Positions 16,923-26,875 of a stretch of 40,852 nt of DNA are shown in pieces. Position numbers and translations under genes: made by a program. The DNA lies in the IMG/VR virus record IMGVR_UViG_3300028326_000306, positions 1 to 40,852 of that record. One strand, written 5' to 3'. The first letter of the stretch is position 1, and each line of letters opens with the position of its first letter. The notes below the pieces were generated by a model that ran no database searches, was not told the origin of the DNA, and worked only from the letters and a program-made list of their open reading frames with translations. This DNA is from a virus (Duplodnaviria; Caudoviricetes).

Positions 16923-18508
16923 TATATTCCACTTCCTTCCCTGCAGATTCTCACTATGCTCTCAATATCTGTGCGGCCTGTTCCCTCCAGCTTCAGCTTG
17001 AACCTGTCACATCTCCTCGGAATGATAGGCAGATAGATTGCTCTGCGTTTATCGGTATAAAGATGACATGTAAGCTCCCACGGTCCGTTATCAAATGCTA
17101 AATAGATAGTCATCTGAGACTCATCGTACATTTCCATCCTAAACTGCAGCCGTGAGTAAATCTTTTTGTTTTCAATATATTCATCGTATTCTCCAAACGT
17201 AGCCATCCATTTAATCTGCTCATCCTCCATTACCGGAGTATCTCCCAGCACGTAGTAAACCTTGTTCTTTCCGGCATCAATATATATCAGCTTGCCGTTT
17301 AGGAAAGTAAACATGGTAGCATGGGTATCATCCTCCCTATGCCACAGCCGCCTTGTCAGATCATACGCAAAGTAATCATATGTTCCATCAGGCCTTTTCA
17401 TGCTGATGTAATACTTGACTAGATCGGTCCCAGCAACAGCATCAGTATACTTGTACTTGAAGTTCTGCGTGATCAGCGTTGGATAGTCACCGGTATAGGC
17501 CATAATGCCAGCCCTTGACTTATAGTACATCACACCGTTTATGCACTGGATGCTTTTGTCCGATCCCTTTTCCAAGCCCTGGCAGTTAACAGTGACCAGC
17601 TGATAGGATGCAGGCTTGTTGTTGCCGTAGATTTTATGAATGCAATCCTCCTTGAAAAACAATAAATGCGTAGGATATGCAGCACATCCGGTAAAGTCAC
17701 CGTCTGATCCGACATCAAGAGCGTAGGCCGAGTCTGCCATCATCGTATAATCTCTCCAGTTTTTAGGATCGCCCAGCTTGCTGGAATAAATGCTGTTCCC
17801 CTTGCAGCCCCAAAGCCTGTTGTTGCTCTCACATACGAAATCCATATCCGGCACATCTCTTGTTAGCTTGATCCTGCCTGCCTCAGTGTATGAGCCTTGA
17901 GCCTTGTTAGCATCCGGTATCTTGAATGTATCATTCGGAAATGTAATAACTCCGGAATTGATTGAGACTATCCTTGCTGATGTGTTATTTTGTGTATTAG
18001 TAGTAAATCCAGTTAGAACAACAGTGTCCTTTTCTGCAAATGCAGATAGATCAGCTGTTGTCGGAAGCAGCAGTGTATTTGATGTTACCGTAGTTGTTCT
18101 GCCGATTTCAAGCTCATAGCTTGCTTCCATTGGCTCCAGCGTATCAGTGAGAAGGTTATAGCATATTTTGTCCGGAAACACGCATACCTTGTTGTTAATG
18201 GCGGCTAGGACCTTATCACCTTCTGTTTTCAAAGAGCCTTTATTGATCCCATCATAGAAGAAATTCTTGCCCTCAATTACCACCAGCTTGTTTTTCCAGG
18301 CCATTATGTTATGAAGGCTGTTGTTGTTGTCGGAGAACAGCCCTCTTGCCGGCCTCTGCGTAAGGATCGGATACTTGTCTGATGATAGATTGAGCATGTC
18401 ACGCATCTCACCGTCAGCTATAATAGGAGCGTTGGAATATCCCATAAACTCTATGACCTGCCGCCTTGCATTTTCCTGATAGTCCTGCAGCTTAGGTAAT
18501 ATAATCAT
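16922..18508 (-). CDS. Tail nozzle / packaged-DNA stabilisation protein (P22 gp10 or T7 gp12-like)
   Basis: 528-aa beta-rich protein with NRLWG...IYSSKLGDPKNW motif, following the adaptor gene. Confidence 0.7.
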   Translation of the reverse strand: MIILPKLQDYQENARRQVIEFMGYSNAPIIADGEMRDMLNLSSDKYPILTQRPARGLFSDNNNSLHNIMAWKNKLVVIEGKNFFYDGINKGSLKTEGDKVLAAINNKVCVFPDKICYNLLTDTLEPMEASYELEIGRTTTVTSNTLLLPTTADLSAFAEKDTVVLTGFTTNTQNNTSARIVSINSGVITFPNDTFKIPDANKAQGSYTEAGRIKLTRDVPDMDFVCESNNRLWGCKGNSIYSSKLGDPKNWRDYTMMADSAYALDVGSDGDFTGCAAYPTHLLFFKEDCIHKIYGNNKPASYQLVTVNCQGLEKGSDKSIQCINGVMYYKSRAGIMAYTGDYPTLITQNFKYKYTDAVAGTDLVKYYISMKRPDGTYDYFAYDLTRRLWHREDDTHATMFTFLNGKLIYIDAGKNKVYYVLGDTPVMEDEQIKWMATFGEYDEYIENKKIYSRLQFRMEMYDESQMTIYLAFDNGPWELTCHLYTDKRRAIYLPIIPRRCDRFKLKLEGTGRTDIESIVRICREGSGI

Positions 18509-18523
18509 ATTCGATCTCCTTTC

Positions 18524-18889
18524 TTACAGATAAGCCTTGATCTTTAGCGGATTTTCTGATGTAAGCCGCCTAACGTAATACTCACATGCGTCATTAAACT
18601 TTACCGTAAACAGTGCCATTGTGTTATTGTAAGTGCCTATTTCCCCTTGATTAAAGTCGATCATAGCCTCAGCATAAAGCACATAGCAGTTATCGTATGG
18701 CTTGGGCATCTTCAGCTCTGTTTTTAAATCTTCAGGCAGCGTGTACGGAGTAAAACCCTCCGGAAGTTCCTTGAAAACCTCCGCATGAACCTTAGCTTCA
18801 AGCTCATTGATCCAGTTAAGTATCATCTCATCAGAGTAGCTGTTTGGCTTAACCTCTTTTACATATCCTATTGCTTCTGATATTTTCAT
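18524..18889 (-). CDS. Putative head-tail adaptor
   Basis: 121-aa helical protein (KPNSYSDEMILNWINELE...PYDNCYVLY) immediately upstream of the nozzle gene. Confidence 0.6.
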   Translation of the reverse strand: MKISEAIGYVKEVKPNSYSDEMILNWINELEAKVHAEVFKELPEGFTPYTLPEDLKTELKMPKPYDNCYVLYAEAMIDFNQGEIGTYNNTMALFTVKFNDACEYYVRRLTSENPLKIKAYL

Positions 18890-18901
18890 ATGTCTCCCTC
18901 C

Positions 18902-20974
18902 TTAAGCATTAACAGCGTTAGCAAGCAGTATCAGATCAGCAGCTATGATCTGATCTCCGGAGTGCTTGGCGGCAATACCTGTCGCATGGAATGCATTGAT
19001 AGCTGTTACTAGCTCATTAAAATTGTCGGCTGTAATCGCTGCACCCTTGATAGCATTAGTAAACTTAAATTGAGTAGTTATGTTATTGTCTGCTAGCTTT
19101 TTCTTGATGTATCGGATCAGCAGATTCCACTTAACAGCTTGGATCACGCATGGCTGGCCTGCAGCTATGCTGCCCCAAGAGAAATGCTGCTCTGCGGTTA
19201 CTGTCGCTACATTTGAATACTTGAATTTTGACGTATCTGCCGTAAGCGTAGCCTTAACTCTGTAATAGTACATTGTTGAATAAGCCGGCAGTGCTATTAC
19301 ATCATAGCTAACAGCTGCGGTCCTTTTGGCTGGCGGCACATCATAGCTGGCCTGAGCCGTGTAATTAGTGCCATCTTCCGATCTTTCAAGGGAATAAGTA
19401 ACATAGTTGTTGGTGCTGATTATATGTTCAGGAGCCTCCCAATATACATCACAGTTCAGAGTGCCTATTTCCTGCTCTAAGGCAGTGATCTCTGGGCTTG
19501 GAATATCAGAGTCTCTAAGCGTTGTGTTGTAGTTTCTTACCAGCGTAGCTATAACAGCAGAGTCATTCTTTTTAATGACAGCCTTAATGTCATAGTATGA
19601 ATATGTAATGGAGCCGTCAGAACCAAGCGTTGATGAAACCAGCCCTTCAAACAGTTTACTTATGCTTGTAATAGATGAATCAGCCGGTACGGTGTCTGAT
19701 CCTGCCTCTGTATATGCAGAGTCTACCGATCTTTTAATGTACCAGTAAATCACTCTTGAATAAGAAACTGCAGCTTCCATGTTATTCAGCAGCACTCTGA
19801 TTGAAACCGATGTATTCTTGTCAAGACTGAGCGATGCTTCCTGCTTAGCTGTTGTAGCCGTTGCTGTTTTGGTTCCAAGGATTACGCTGTTGTCATTAGC
19901 ATCACATATTTCTGCCTTTACATTATATATAACGTTATTAAGCAGACCCTCAATAACCTGCCTAGTGCTTGTTGTTGAGTCTGTCAGTGTTGTTGTCGCA
20001 TATAGGTAGTAAACCGAGTCAGATGATTTCTTGTACCACCATTTGATCTTGCGGCCTATTGGCGATGTCATGTCAGACAGCAGCATTCTGAGCGATGATT
20101 CACCGGTTTCCTCACATGTTAGGTTTCCAGGTGTCTCTGACGTTATGACGGAAGCATATGCTGTGTTGGCTAGACCTTGAGTATTGTAGAGTTCTACCTT
20201 AAAGCTATATGATGTATTAGCCCTCAGATTAGACAGAGGATAAGTAAAACTTGTATCATACGTTCCTGCACTGATCGTTGTCTGTCCAAGTAAAATATAC
20301 GTTGAGTCTGAAGGTCCCTGCTTATACCACTTTAGCGTTCTGCCATACTGTTTGTTGGCTCCAAGTCCGTATGCATTAATAGTTGCTGAAGTGTCTGTTA
20401 CGTTGAATACTGACGCACTGATTGCAGTATCGTATGGGATCGTTACACTTGTTCCTGCTTGACCGTCAGGTGAAGTACCTCCTGACAGTTTAACTGAAAT
20501 ATTATATGTCTGACCCTCATTTCCGTTAACAGTAATGTAATCACTTGTCTGATTATATACACTGTGGCTGCCAACAGATGAACCGTCAACGTAGAATTCA
20601 AGCGTTTTATAATATGTTGGGTCCTTTGAGAAAGTAGCATATATAGTCAATGCACCATCACTGCCCCAGCCGCTAACACTTACATCATTCGATGTACTTT
20701 CAGGTATTGTTTGATCGGTTCCTGTATATGTATAAGTATCGCTTGTTCCACTATTGGTAGTCATTGTTGCTTTTAAATCATACGATGTACGTGGAGTAAG
20801 TCCAGTATATGTATACTGTACGTCTGTTGTGCCAGGACCTCTCGTTACGGATGCTACATAATTACCATTTAAGTAAAACTTAAATGTTCTAGTTGCAGAT
20901 GCAAGCTCTGAAAAACCGCCAATTCCCCATGTCAAAGTTGTTGATGTTTCTCCATGCCACTGATATATTGCCAT
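18902..20974 (-). CDS. Virion adhesin/fibre with multiple fibronectin type III / Ig-like domains
   Basis: Repeated (G/N)Lx(P/A/N)xxxYxxK(A/V) FN3 signatures and three RxxxW...DSxY units; C-terminal GxxIxAxxxNxL repeats. Confidence 0.7.
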   Translation of the reverse strand: MAIYQWHGETSTTLTWGIGGFSELASATRTFKFYLNGNYVASVTRGPGTTDVQYTYTGLTPRTSYDLKATMTTNSGTSDTYTYTGTDQTIPESTSNDVSVSGWGSDGALTIYATFSKDPTYYKTLEFYVDGSSVGSHSVYNQTSDYITVNGNEGQTYNISVKLSGGTSPDGQAGTSVTIPYDTAISASVFNVTDTSATINAYGLGANKQYGRTLKWYKQGPSDSTYILLGQTTISAGTYDTSFTYPLSNLRANTSYSFKVELYNTQGLANTAYASVITSETPGNLTCEETGESSLRMLLSDMTSPIGRKIKWWYKKSSDSVYYLYATTTLTDSTTSTRQVIEGLLNNVIYNVKAEICDANDNSVILGTKTATATTAKQEASLSLDKNTSVSIRVLLNNMEAAVSYSRVIYWYIKRSVDSAYTEAGSDTVPADSSITSISKLFEGLVSSTLGSDGSITYSYYDIKAVIKKNDSAVIATLVRNYNTTLRDSDIPSPEITALEQEIGTLNCDVYWEAPEHIISTNNYVTYSLERSEDGTNYTAQASYDVPPAKRTAAVSYDVIALPAYSTMYYYRVKATLTADTSKFKYSNVATVTAEQHFSWGSIAAGQPCVIQAVKWNLLIRYIKKKLADNNITTQFKFTNAIKGAAITADNFNELVTAINAFHATGIAAKHSGDQIIAADLILLANAVNA

Positions 20975-20986
20975 TTAACTCACCAC

Positions 20987-21967
20987 CTATGCGAAAACAG
21001 CTGTAGATGTACCTACCCACGCTGATCCATTGTAAAATTTAAGAGCATTGCCATTGGCTGAATCAATCCACAGCTTACCAGTATCTGCAGGAGCCGATGC
21101 CTGCACAATGAAACATGGGCTGTTTAAGACTTTATTTCCGGATGCAGTACCAATCAGAAGCATTCCGGTAACAGTGTCATATCCCAGCTCGCCTGCAGCA
21201 AGAGTAGGAATGTTGGCCGTAGGTCCTCTGAGAATATGAAGAACCTTCTTGCTTGTGCCGGTAAACTCGCCACAGTCAATGTCAGCCAGTGCATTATTTA
21301 GCTGCGTCATAGACACTACCGTTGACAGATCGACACCGGATGCAGACGATGCATTGCTCATGAACACCGTATACCAGTCTTTAACCTGATTAACGTAATT
21401 CTGAGCAGTGACCAGCATAGCCTGTGCCGATGCTATTATGCCGGCAGTCTCGCTGCTGCGGTTAGCCTCAGCCTGCTGTCTGATGCCCTCAGCCACGCTA
21501 CGCATTTTTTCGCTGTCGAGTATCTTGCTCATGTCCTGCAGCATGCCTATAAGGACCGGAAGCTCCGGATTTTTGTCAGCGTCTGCAGTTACTGTGCTGT
21601 CTGATGCAGACATAACATAGTAGTTTAGCCTTGCTGTTGTCATCCTTGCACCATTGCTGTATATGGTAATAGTAATAAAATGCATACCTACCTGGGCTAC
21701 GCATGATGCAGGCGGCACCAGCGAAACAAGCCCGGACAGAGGATTAATGGTATCAATGCAGCCCTTATCTGAATCAATAAAGTCCTTGCCGTTAGGCATG
21801 GTGATCTTTACAGTCATGATGTCATAGCCAGTGAAATCAAAAGGCTCTGCTCCGTCCATGATGTACATGTTAATTATGTTTCCGGTATCATTCTGCACGA
21901 AACCATCGAGGACGTTAGTGCAGTTATCCTTGACGGAAATAGATGCGTTGAATTCTTTTTTATTCAT
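20987..21967 (-). CDS. BppU-like fibre base protein with Mtd-N-like segment
   Basis: N-terminal FVQNDTG...PFDFTG...ITMPNG; coiled-coil middle; LRGPTANIPTLAAGELGYDT motif of phage fibre proteins. Confidence 0.6.
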   Translation of the reverse strand: MNKKEFNASISVKDNCTNVLDGFVQNDTGNIINMYIMDGAEPFDFTGYDIMTVKITMPNGKDFIDSDKGCIDTINPLSGLVSLVPPASCVAQVGMHFITITIYSNGARMTTARLNYYVMSASDSTVTADADKNPELPVLIGMLQDMSKILDSEKMRSVAEGIRQQAEANRSSETAGIIASAQAMLVTAQNYVNQVKDWYTVFMSNASSASGVDLSTVVSMTQLNNALADIDCGEFTGTSKKVLHILRGPTANIPTLAAGELGYDTVTGMLLIGTASGNKVLNSPCFIVQASAPADTGKLWIDSANGNALKFYNGSAWVGTSTAVFA

Positions 21968-21979
21968 GATATCCTCCTG

Positions 21980-22015
21980 AAAAAAACGTGAGGAATGGTC
22001 CAGCCACTCCCCACG
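21980..22015 (-). terminator. Intrinsic terminator after the capsid operon
   Basis: Minus strand CGTGGGGAGTGG-CTGGA-CCATTCCTCACG-TTTTTTT, abutting the next RBS, so tail genes need read-through. Confidence 0.8.
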
Positions 22016-22046
22016 AAAAAAGCATTTATTGATTTAACTTACTACC

Positions 22047-22484
22047 CTATGCTAAGGTGGATGACTGTTTTTCAAAATCATCAGCAAGGCCCTGGCACAT
22101 TCTTGCAGTCTCTTCATCTTGAGCCTGTGAGTTTTCAAGAGCCTCTGCGAATTTACGCTTGATCTCAACTTCTACACCTCTCTGAATCTGCAGGCTTTCG
22201 CCATTTACCTGAACGAATACATCATCCTTATACTTGCCGTTATCCTTAAACAGCTTAACCTTAACCAGTTCATTGGCACGATCAATTTCTTCCTTGGTAG
22301 GACCGGAAACAGTCTGTTCCGCATTTACCGGAGTGATCTGATCTGCTTTTTCAACAGCTGCAGCTATGATGTCCTCAGCCTTTTTCTTGGCCTCCTCAAG
22401 CATAGCGTCTATAGCTGCCTGAACCTCTGCAGGGATTTCGTTTGTTCCAGCAGTAATTGTCTGCTGATCATCTTTATTAGCCAT
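22047..22484 (-). CDS. Conserved phage protein downstream of the major capsid gene
   Basis: DDVFVQVNGESLQIQRGVEVEI motif; GGAGG RBS; directly follows the MCP. Confidence 0.6.
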   Translation of the reverse strand: MANKDDQQTITAGTNEIPAEVQAAIDAMLEEAKKKAEDIIAAAVEKADQITPVNAEQTVSGPTKEEIDRANELVKVKLFKDNGKYKDDVFVQVNGESLQIQRGVEVEIKRKFAEALENSQAQDEETARMCQGLADDFEKQSSTLA

Positions 22485-22500
22485 TTTTAATTACCTCCAA

Positions 22501-23505
22501 TTAGTTAGCCTCCGCATTGAATGTTGATGCAGATTCAATTCTGAGTCCGTACTGCTCTACCAGTCTTTCTGCAGTCTTGATAGCTTTCCAGCCGGCTGTA
22601 GCTCTCTGATTCAGAGGATCGGCAGTACCAGCTGATCCCATCTGCTTTACGATAAACTCCAGTCCGCCTCCGGTAACCTTAGTAGTACCGTAGAAGTTGG
22701 CTCCAAGCAGCATAGTTGCATATACGGTTGCTCCGCTTGCTCCAGCTCCTGCAAAGACCTTGGCCTCAGTTGATTCAACGAATCTTACACCATACAGCTT
22801 ACCGATTTCTCCCTCAAAGATCTGAGTAGATCCGGCATACTGTGATGCGTTTACCCATTCCGGATCAGATGTTATATCATACTCTACATCCGGATGAATG
22901 ATAGCCACATAGTAGCCACCTATCTTCTTAGTGTTCTTGTTCTTAAGGATTCTAACACCGTTTCTTACATCCTTAACCTTGAGTACATCAGTGCTTGCCA
23001 GTGTAGCTCTTGATGCCTTGCTGTTAACGTATAAAACGTTGGTTCCTGCAGTAATGACTTCCCTTGTGATAGTGTCAAGCGTTCTTCCGGCCTGATCAGC
23101 AAGCAGGTCCTCTGCTTCAAGCAGATTGTTGTCGATAGCCGTAAGGTCCAGTACGTCAGAAACTGTAATGTAATCACCATACTGAGCTACAGTAGCCGTA
23201 AGGTTGGTTACATTGAGTTTCTTTCCGTCCGGAGTTACACCCTCAGTAAGAGGAGTAAGAGCCTTCGGCAAGCTGTCATACTTTCTGAACTCAATGGTTT
23301 TACCGCCATTCTTAGGGATGTCTTTTACCTGACCGAACTGATCATGAATCAGACTAGGACCAGCAAGCCTTATCAGCTCCTTGTCATAGTATGTTTTCAT
23401 TTCAACGGTCATGCCGGTATCACCGGTTACGTTGGTATTAGGTGTGTTAGCGAATCTGTTAAGATCAAACAGTGTGCTTATAATTGCTGTTAATTTAGTA
23501 TCCAT
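22501..23505 (-). CDS. Major capsid protein, N4-gp56 family
   Basis: PKNGGKTIEFRKY, LTEGVTP, QYGDY, GEIGKLYGVRFVE and DPLNQRATAGWK motifs; N-terminal leader ending LFDLNRF. Confidence 0.92.
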   Translation of the reverse strand: MDTKLTAIISTLFDLNRFANTPNTNVTGDTGMTVEMKTYYDKELIRLAGPSLIHDQFGQVKDIPKNGGKTIEFRKYDSLPKALTPLTEGVTPDGKKLNVTNLTATVAQYGDYITVSDVLDLTAIDNNLLEAEDLLADQAGRTLDTITREVITAGTNVLYVNSKASRATLASTDVLKVKDVRNGVRILKNKNTKKIGGYYVAIIHPDVEYDITSDPEWVNASQYAGSTQIFEGEIGKLYGVRFVESTEAKVFAGAGASGATVYATMLLGANFYGTTKVTGGGLEFIVKQMGSAGTADPLNQRATAGWKAIKTAERLVEQYGLRIESASTFNAEAN

Positions 23506-23530
23506 ATCATATCTCCCTTTCCGGAGACAC

Positions 23531-24433
23531 TTAGAGGATTATTTTCTCACCATTGCTTACCCTTCTGCGTATCTCCATCAAATCTTTTTCATCATATTTT
23601 GTCGGATCATTTTTAATGACGATTCCAGGAGCATTGGAAGTACCGTTTTCTTCAGGCCGGAAGCCTCTAGCTCTGATATTGTCGGTTACATTCTTGGCAG
23701 TCTGCTGGGCTACCTTGACTATTGCACCGCCTAAAATATCATCTAAGTGAGCTGATTCATACGCTTTGCGTACACTTTTGCCGGCTCTGAGATCAGCAAC
23801 AAAATCAGGATTCTCAAGTTCAGCCGCAAGATCAAACTCCGGATACATTTTGTTGAGTTCAGCCGACTGGCTCACCCACTCTTGCATATCCTTTTCCGCC
23901 TGCTTCTGTCCTTCTATTGCCTGCAGCTGCTCTGCTGCTCTGCGATTCTGCTGCTCTAGGGCCATCTGCCGCCTGTATGCTTCAGGGGACAGCCCTAACT
24001 CCATTGCTTTGTCTCTGACTAAATCGTCATCCTGCTGCATGGCTGCTTCAAGATCATCAATATTGTCCACGTCATACCGGTCATACAGAGGATTGAGTAC
24101 ATCACTGTATCTGCTGATCTTTTCTTCCAGCTCCTTGGATGCCTTAAACCTTCTGTTGATGTTATCCTGAACTCTTTTATCATAGATGTCCTTGTACTTG
24201 CCTTTGATAAGGTCCTCAAACTCACTGCTAAGGTCCTTGCTATCTGCAGCACCATTGCCATCAGCGTCATGGCCTGAACCTCCGTCATCGCCTCCAGCTT
24301 CAGGACCGTCATCCTTTCTGCCGTACAGCACCTGCGTTGATTCACCGCTTGCGTGGCTAGCGTCACCACCGTTACCGCTTTCGCCTCCACCGGTTCCGTC
24401 AAACCTTCTGAGGTCGAATAAATCTTTTTTCAT
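23531..24433 (-). CDS. Capsid scaffolding protein
   Basis: Acidic Gly-rich N-terminus, helical body, located between the protease and MCP; leader LFDLRRF. Confidence 0.8.
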   Translation of the reverse strand: MKKDLFDLRRFDGTGGGESGNGGDASHASGESTQVLYGRKDDGPEAGGDDGGSGHDADGNGAADSKDLSSEFEDLIKGKYKDIYDKRVQDNINRRFKASKELEEKISRYSDVLNPLYDRYDVDNIDDLEAAMQQDDDLVRDKAMELGLSPEAYRRQMALEQQNRRAAEQLQAIEGQKQAEKDMQEWVSQSAELNKMYPEFDLAAELENPDFVADLRAGKSVRKAYESAHLDDILGGAIVKVAQQTAKNVTDNIRARGFRPEENGTSNAPGIVIKNDPTKYDEKDLMEIRRRVSNGEKIIL

Positions 24434-24585
24434 GTTTCCTCCGGCAGTCTTTCCTGCGTGTCATTATTTAGCACCGTTTCCGGATGCATTGGATAAGACA
24501 CCATTCATGATGTCCTATCCAACGTATTCATCACATATTAAGAGGTAAAATGTATGATTTAGAAAAGGAACTCTCAACCATCTAT

Positions 24586-24623
24586 GTTTTATCATTTTGC
24601 GGAAATTAATGTGACTCCCTACC
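24586..24623 (-). promoter_or_regulatory. Putative late promoter for scaffold/capsid
   Basis: Minus strand GGTAGGGA-GTCACA-N15-TGA-TAAAAC, overlapping the stop codon of the Prp gene; the -10 element is imperfect. Confidence 0.55.
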
Positions 24624-24936
24624 CTTCCAGCAATATCACATGCTGCGGATACTGCATCTCAAGCTGCTTTAAACCGATCATCATAAACTCTACAGCCTTG
24701 ATTATGTCTATCACATATATGCCTAGCTTTGCTTTAGGTATGCAGCATCTAAAGTATCCATCCTCAGCGTCTATAGCTGCGTCTACCGGCAGACTGCTGA
24801 CCAGCGTAGCAAACGTGCCGGTCAGCGTTGAAACAGCAGCACACACTATGTCATTACCGTCTGAGCTGTATTCAGCGTGACCGCTTGCCTCAAATATGAT
24901 GTTATCTTTATCGTTTTTTAGCGTAATCTCTGTCAT
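24619..24936 (-). CDS. prp: Prp-family (DUF464) cysteine protease
   Basis: SGHA...DIVCAAVS catalytic His/Cys motif and C-terminal GLKQLEMQYPQHV; lies between portal and scaffold. Confidence 0.92.
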   Translation of the reverse strand: MTEITLKNDKDNIIFEASGHAEYSSDGNDIVCAAVSTLTGTFATLVSSLPVDAAIDAEDGYFRCCIPKAKLGIYVIDIIKAVEFMMIGLKQLEMQYPQHVILLEG

Positions 24937-24937
24937 G

Positions 24938-26872
24938 CTATTTAGCCTCCGCCTGTTTTCCAGCTCTTAGCCTGGCCTGTGTAGCCTGCGTGTTATCTGT
25001 CACTGGCATGCCGGCAGAATCAGTTTTGGTTGGTGCTACGTTAGCAGGCTGTGCGGCCTGCATCTGAGTGCCGGTTGCAGCTGCGGCCAGCTGAGCTATC
25101 TGTGCCTGCATCACCGGCTGTCCGGTCATAGCATCCATGCTCTGAGCCATCTGCATAGCCATGCCGGCCAGCTGATTTGTTGCCTGAGCCTTCATGTCAT
25201 TGTTGCGGACCAGCTCTTTGATCTTGTCCGATCCCTCAAACTCTACCATCTCAAGCATAGCCTCAGCCTGCGTGGCCAGCTGCGGATTAAACACTCCTAA
25301 CTGGAAGAACTCCTTGGCTGTTTCATTCTGAGCTTCACGGCTGAAAGGTGACTGCTTCTGAGCCATGATCTTAATGTCAAAGATCGGCTTGCGTGTCAGC
25401 AGCATTCCGTCAATGCCCTGCACTGTCTGCGGCATTAATCCGGAATTGTTGAATGTCTCAAACTCGTACTCACCATTAGGTCCATCTATACGGAAGCAGC
25501 GATCCTCAGTGTAGAACTGAGCCATAAGCTCCAGTACCAGCTGATTGATCTGCTTATATGCTCTGTAGGAAGTTTTGATCATATCTCTTGACAGCTTGCT
25601 TCCGGCCTCCTGCAGTGCGGCAATAGCTGAAGCAGCAGTAACACCGGATGCCGTACCACCTTGAGAGAAGTCACGGTTTCCGCTTGTTTCCTTTAGCTCA
25701 TCTATCTTAAGCTGCATATGATTGATGATGTATGCCGGTACCTGCTGCACCTGAATAGGAGCCAGCCTCTCCGGATCGACAGAACCGTCAACATGCACGA
25801 ACTCTTTTGACCAGTCAGCAAACTCATCCATATTAACGTTTGCACTGTTGCTGACGAAGTACCTTGACTTGCCGGTCATGGCAGCGTTGTTAAGCACTAT
25901 CTGATCCAGCTTGTCTATGTAGAGCTGCGGAGACTTCATAATATCCACATACCCTAATCCCACAGGAGAAGAATTAAGCGGAAATAATGTATCAAATACG
26001 AATGGATACTTTCCATGATCGTAATATCCGGCCTCTGCGTATCTCTCATCATTCTCACTGGCATATATGATATTGCCCTCAGCAAACTTGCAATAATGAA
26101 CTACCAGCCTGCCCTCGCTGTTGTGAATCTTGTAGTACCAGTCATACACTACCACCTTGTTTTCATCAGATTCCTTTTCTTCTACATCAACATATCTAAC
26201 TATGTCACCATTGATGCCGCCTGAGATGCTGCCAAACAGAAACGGATACTTTGACAGCAGCACATCTCTGTCCACAGCATTGATTGAGAACATGTTTGTA
26301 GAGTCCTGAATGTTTTTAATTCCAGGCTCCCAAAAGAGATTGAGAAGGTCCAGCTGCTGTATGTCTATGTCACCAAGCCCATTTTCCTTTGAGCTGTTCC
26401 AAAAGACACCATACGGAACGGTTCCCATGATCGCCTTGTACCACCATGCATCAGAGTATGTCTGCTCAAACTCATTAGCCTCAAGAATGCAAGGGACAAT
26501 CTTCTGCAGCCGCTTGGCTGTCTCATCATCAGACTGCTCCCTAGGTAAGAAGTTTGGCATTGGAAAATTGTCCATTGCATCTGCATGCTTGTTTGCTATG
26601 CTGTTAAACATCCATGCAGATGTCGGCTCCGGATCATCCTCTTTTCCCTCAGTCCTGCCTATAGCGTTCCACACATCCAGCTTCCACCATTGATCATTCT
26701 CCACGATCCTCTGCTCCATCATAGTTTTGGCTGACTTATATCTGCGGAATGTATCAAGTGCTTTAGCTATGCTGTCAGTGTCTATCGGTCCCTTGCGGCC
26801 TGGATAGTTGATGCTGTCGCTTACAATGCCGGCCTGTTTGCCCTTTTCAGCCTGTTTTATTTTAGCTGCCAT
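24938..26872 (-). CDS. Portal protein
   Basis: 644 aa directly after TerL; YPFVFD, SGNRDFSQG...TAASAIAALQEAG motifs of P22-like portals; Q/A-rich tail. Confidence 0.88.
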   Translation of the reverse strand: MAAKIKQAEKGKQAGIVSDSINYPGRKGPIDTDSIAKALDTFRRYKSAKTMMEQRIVENDQWWKLDVWNAIGRTEGKEDDPEPTSAWMFNSIANKHADAMDNFPMPNFLPREQSDDETAKRLQKIVPCILEANEFEQTYSDAWWYKAIMGTVPYGVFWNSSKENGLGDIDIQQLDLLNLFWEPGIKNIQDSTNMFSINAVDRDVLLSKYPFLFGSISGGINGDIVRYVDVEEKESDENKVVVYDWYYKIHNSEGRLVVHYCKFAEGNIIYASENDERYAEAGYYDHGKYPFVFDTLFPLNSSPVGLGYVDIMKSPQLYIDKLDQIVLNNAAMTGKSRYFVSNSANVNMDEFADWSKEFVHVDGSVDPERLAPIQVQQVPAYIINHMQLKIDELKETSGNRDFSQGGTASGVTAASAIAALQEAGSKLSRDMIKTSYRAYKQINQLVLELMAQFYTEDRCFRIDGPNGEYEFETFNNSGLMPQTVQGIDGMLLTRKPIFDIKIMAQKQSPFSREAQNETAKEFFQLGVFNPQLATQAEAMLEMVEFEGSDKIKELVRNNDMKAQATNQLAGMAMQMAQSMDAMTGQPVMQAQIAQLAAAATGTQMQAAQPANVAPTKTDSAGMPVTDNTQATQARLRAGKQAEAK

Positions 26873-26875
26873 ATC

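Noticed and set aside
24434-24585. Structured RNA or riboswitch in the scaffold 5' leader
   Set aside because: Only weak stems and no recognisable family motif; cannot be supported without covariation analysis.
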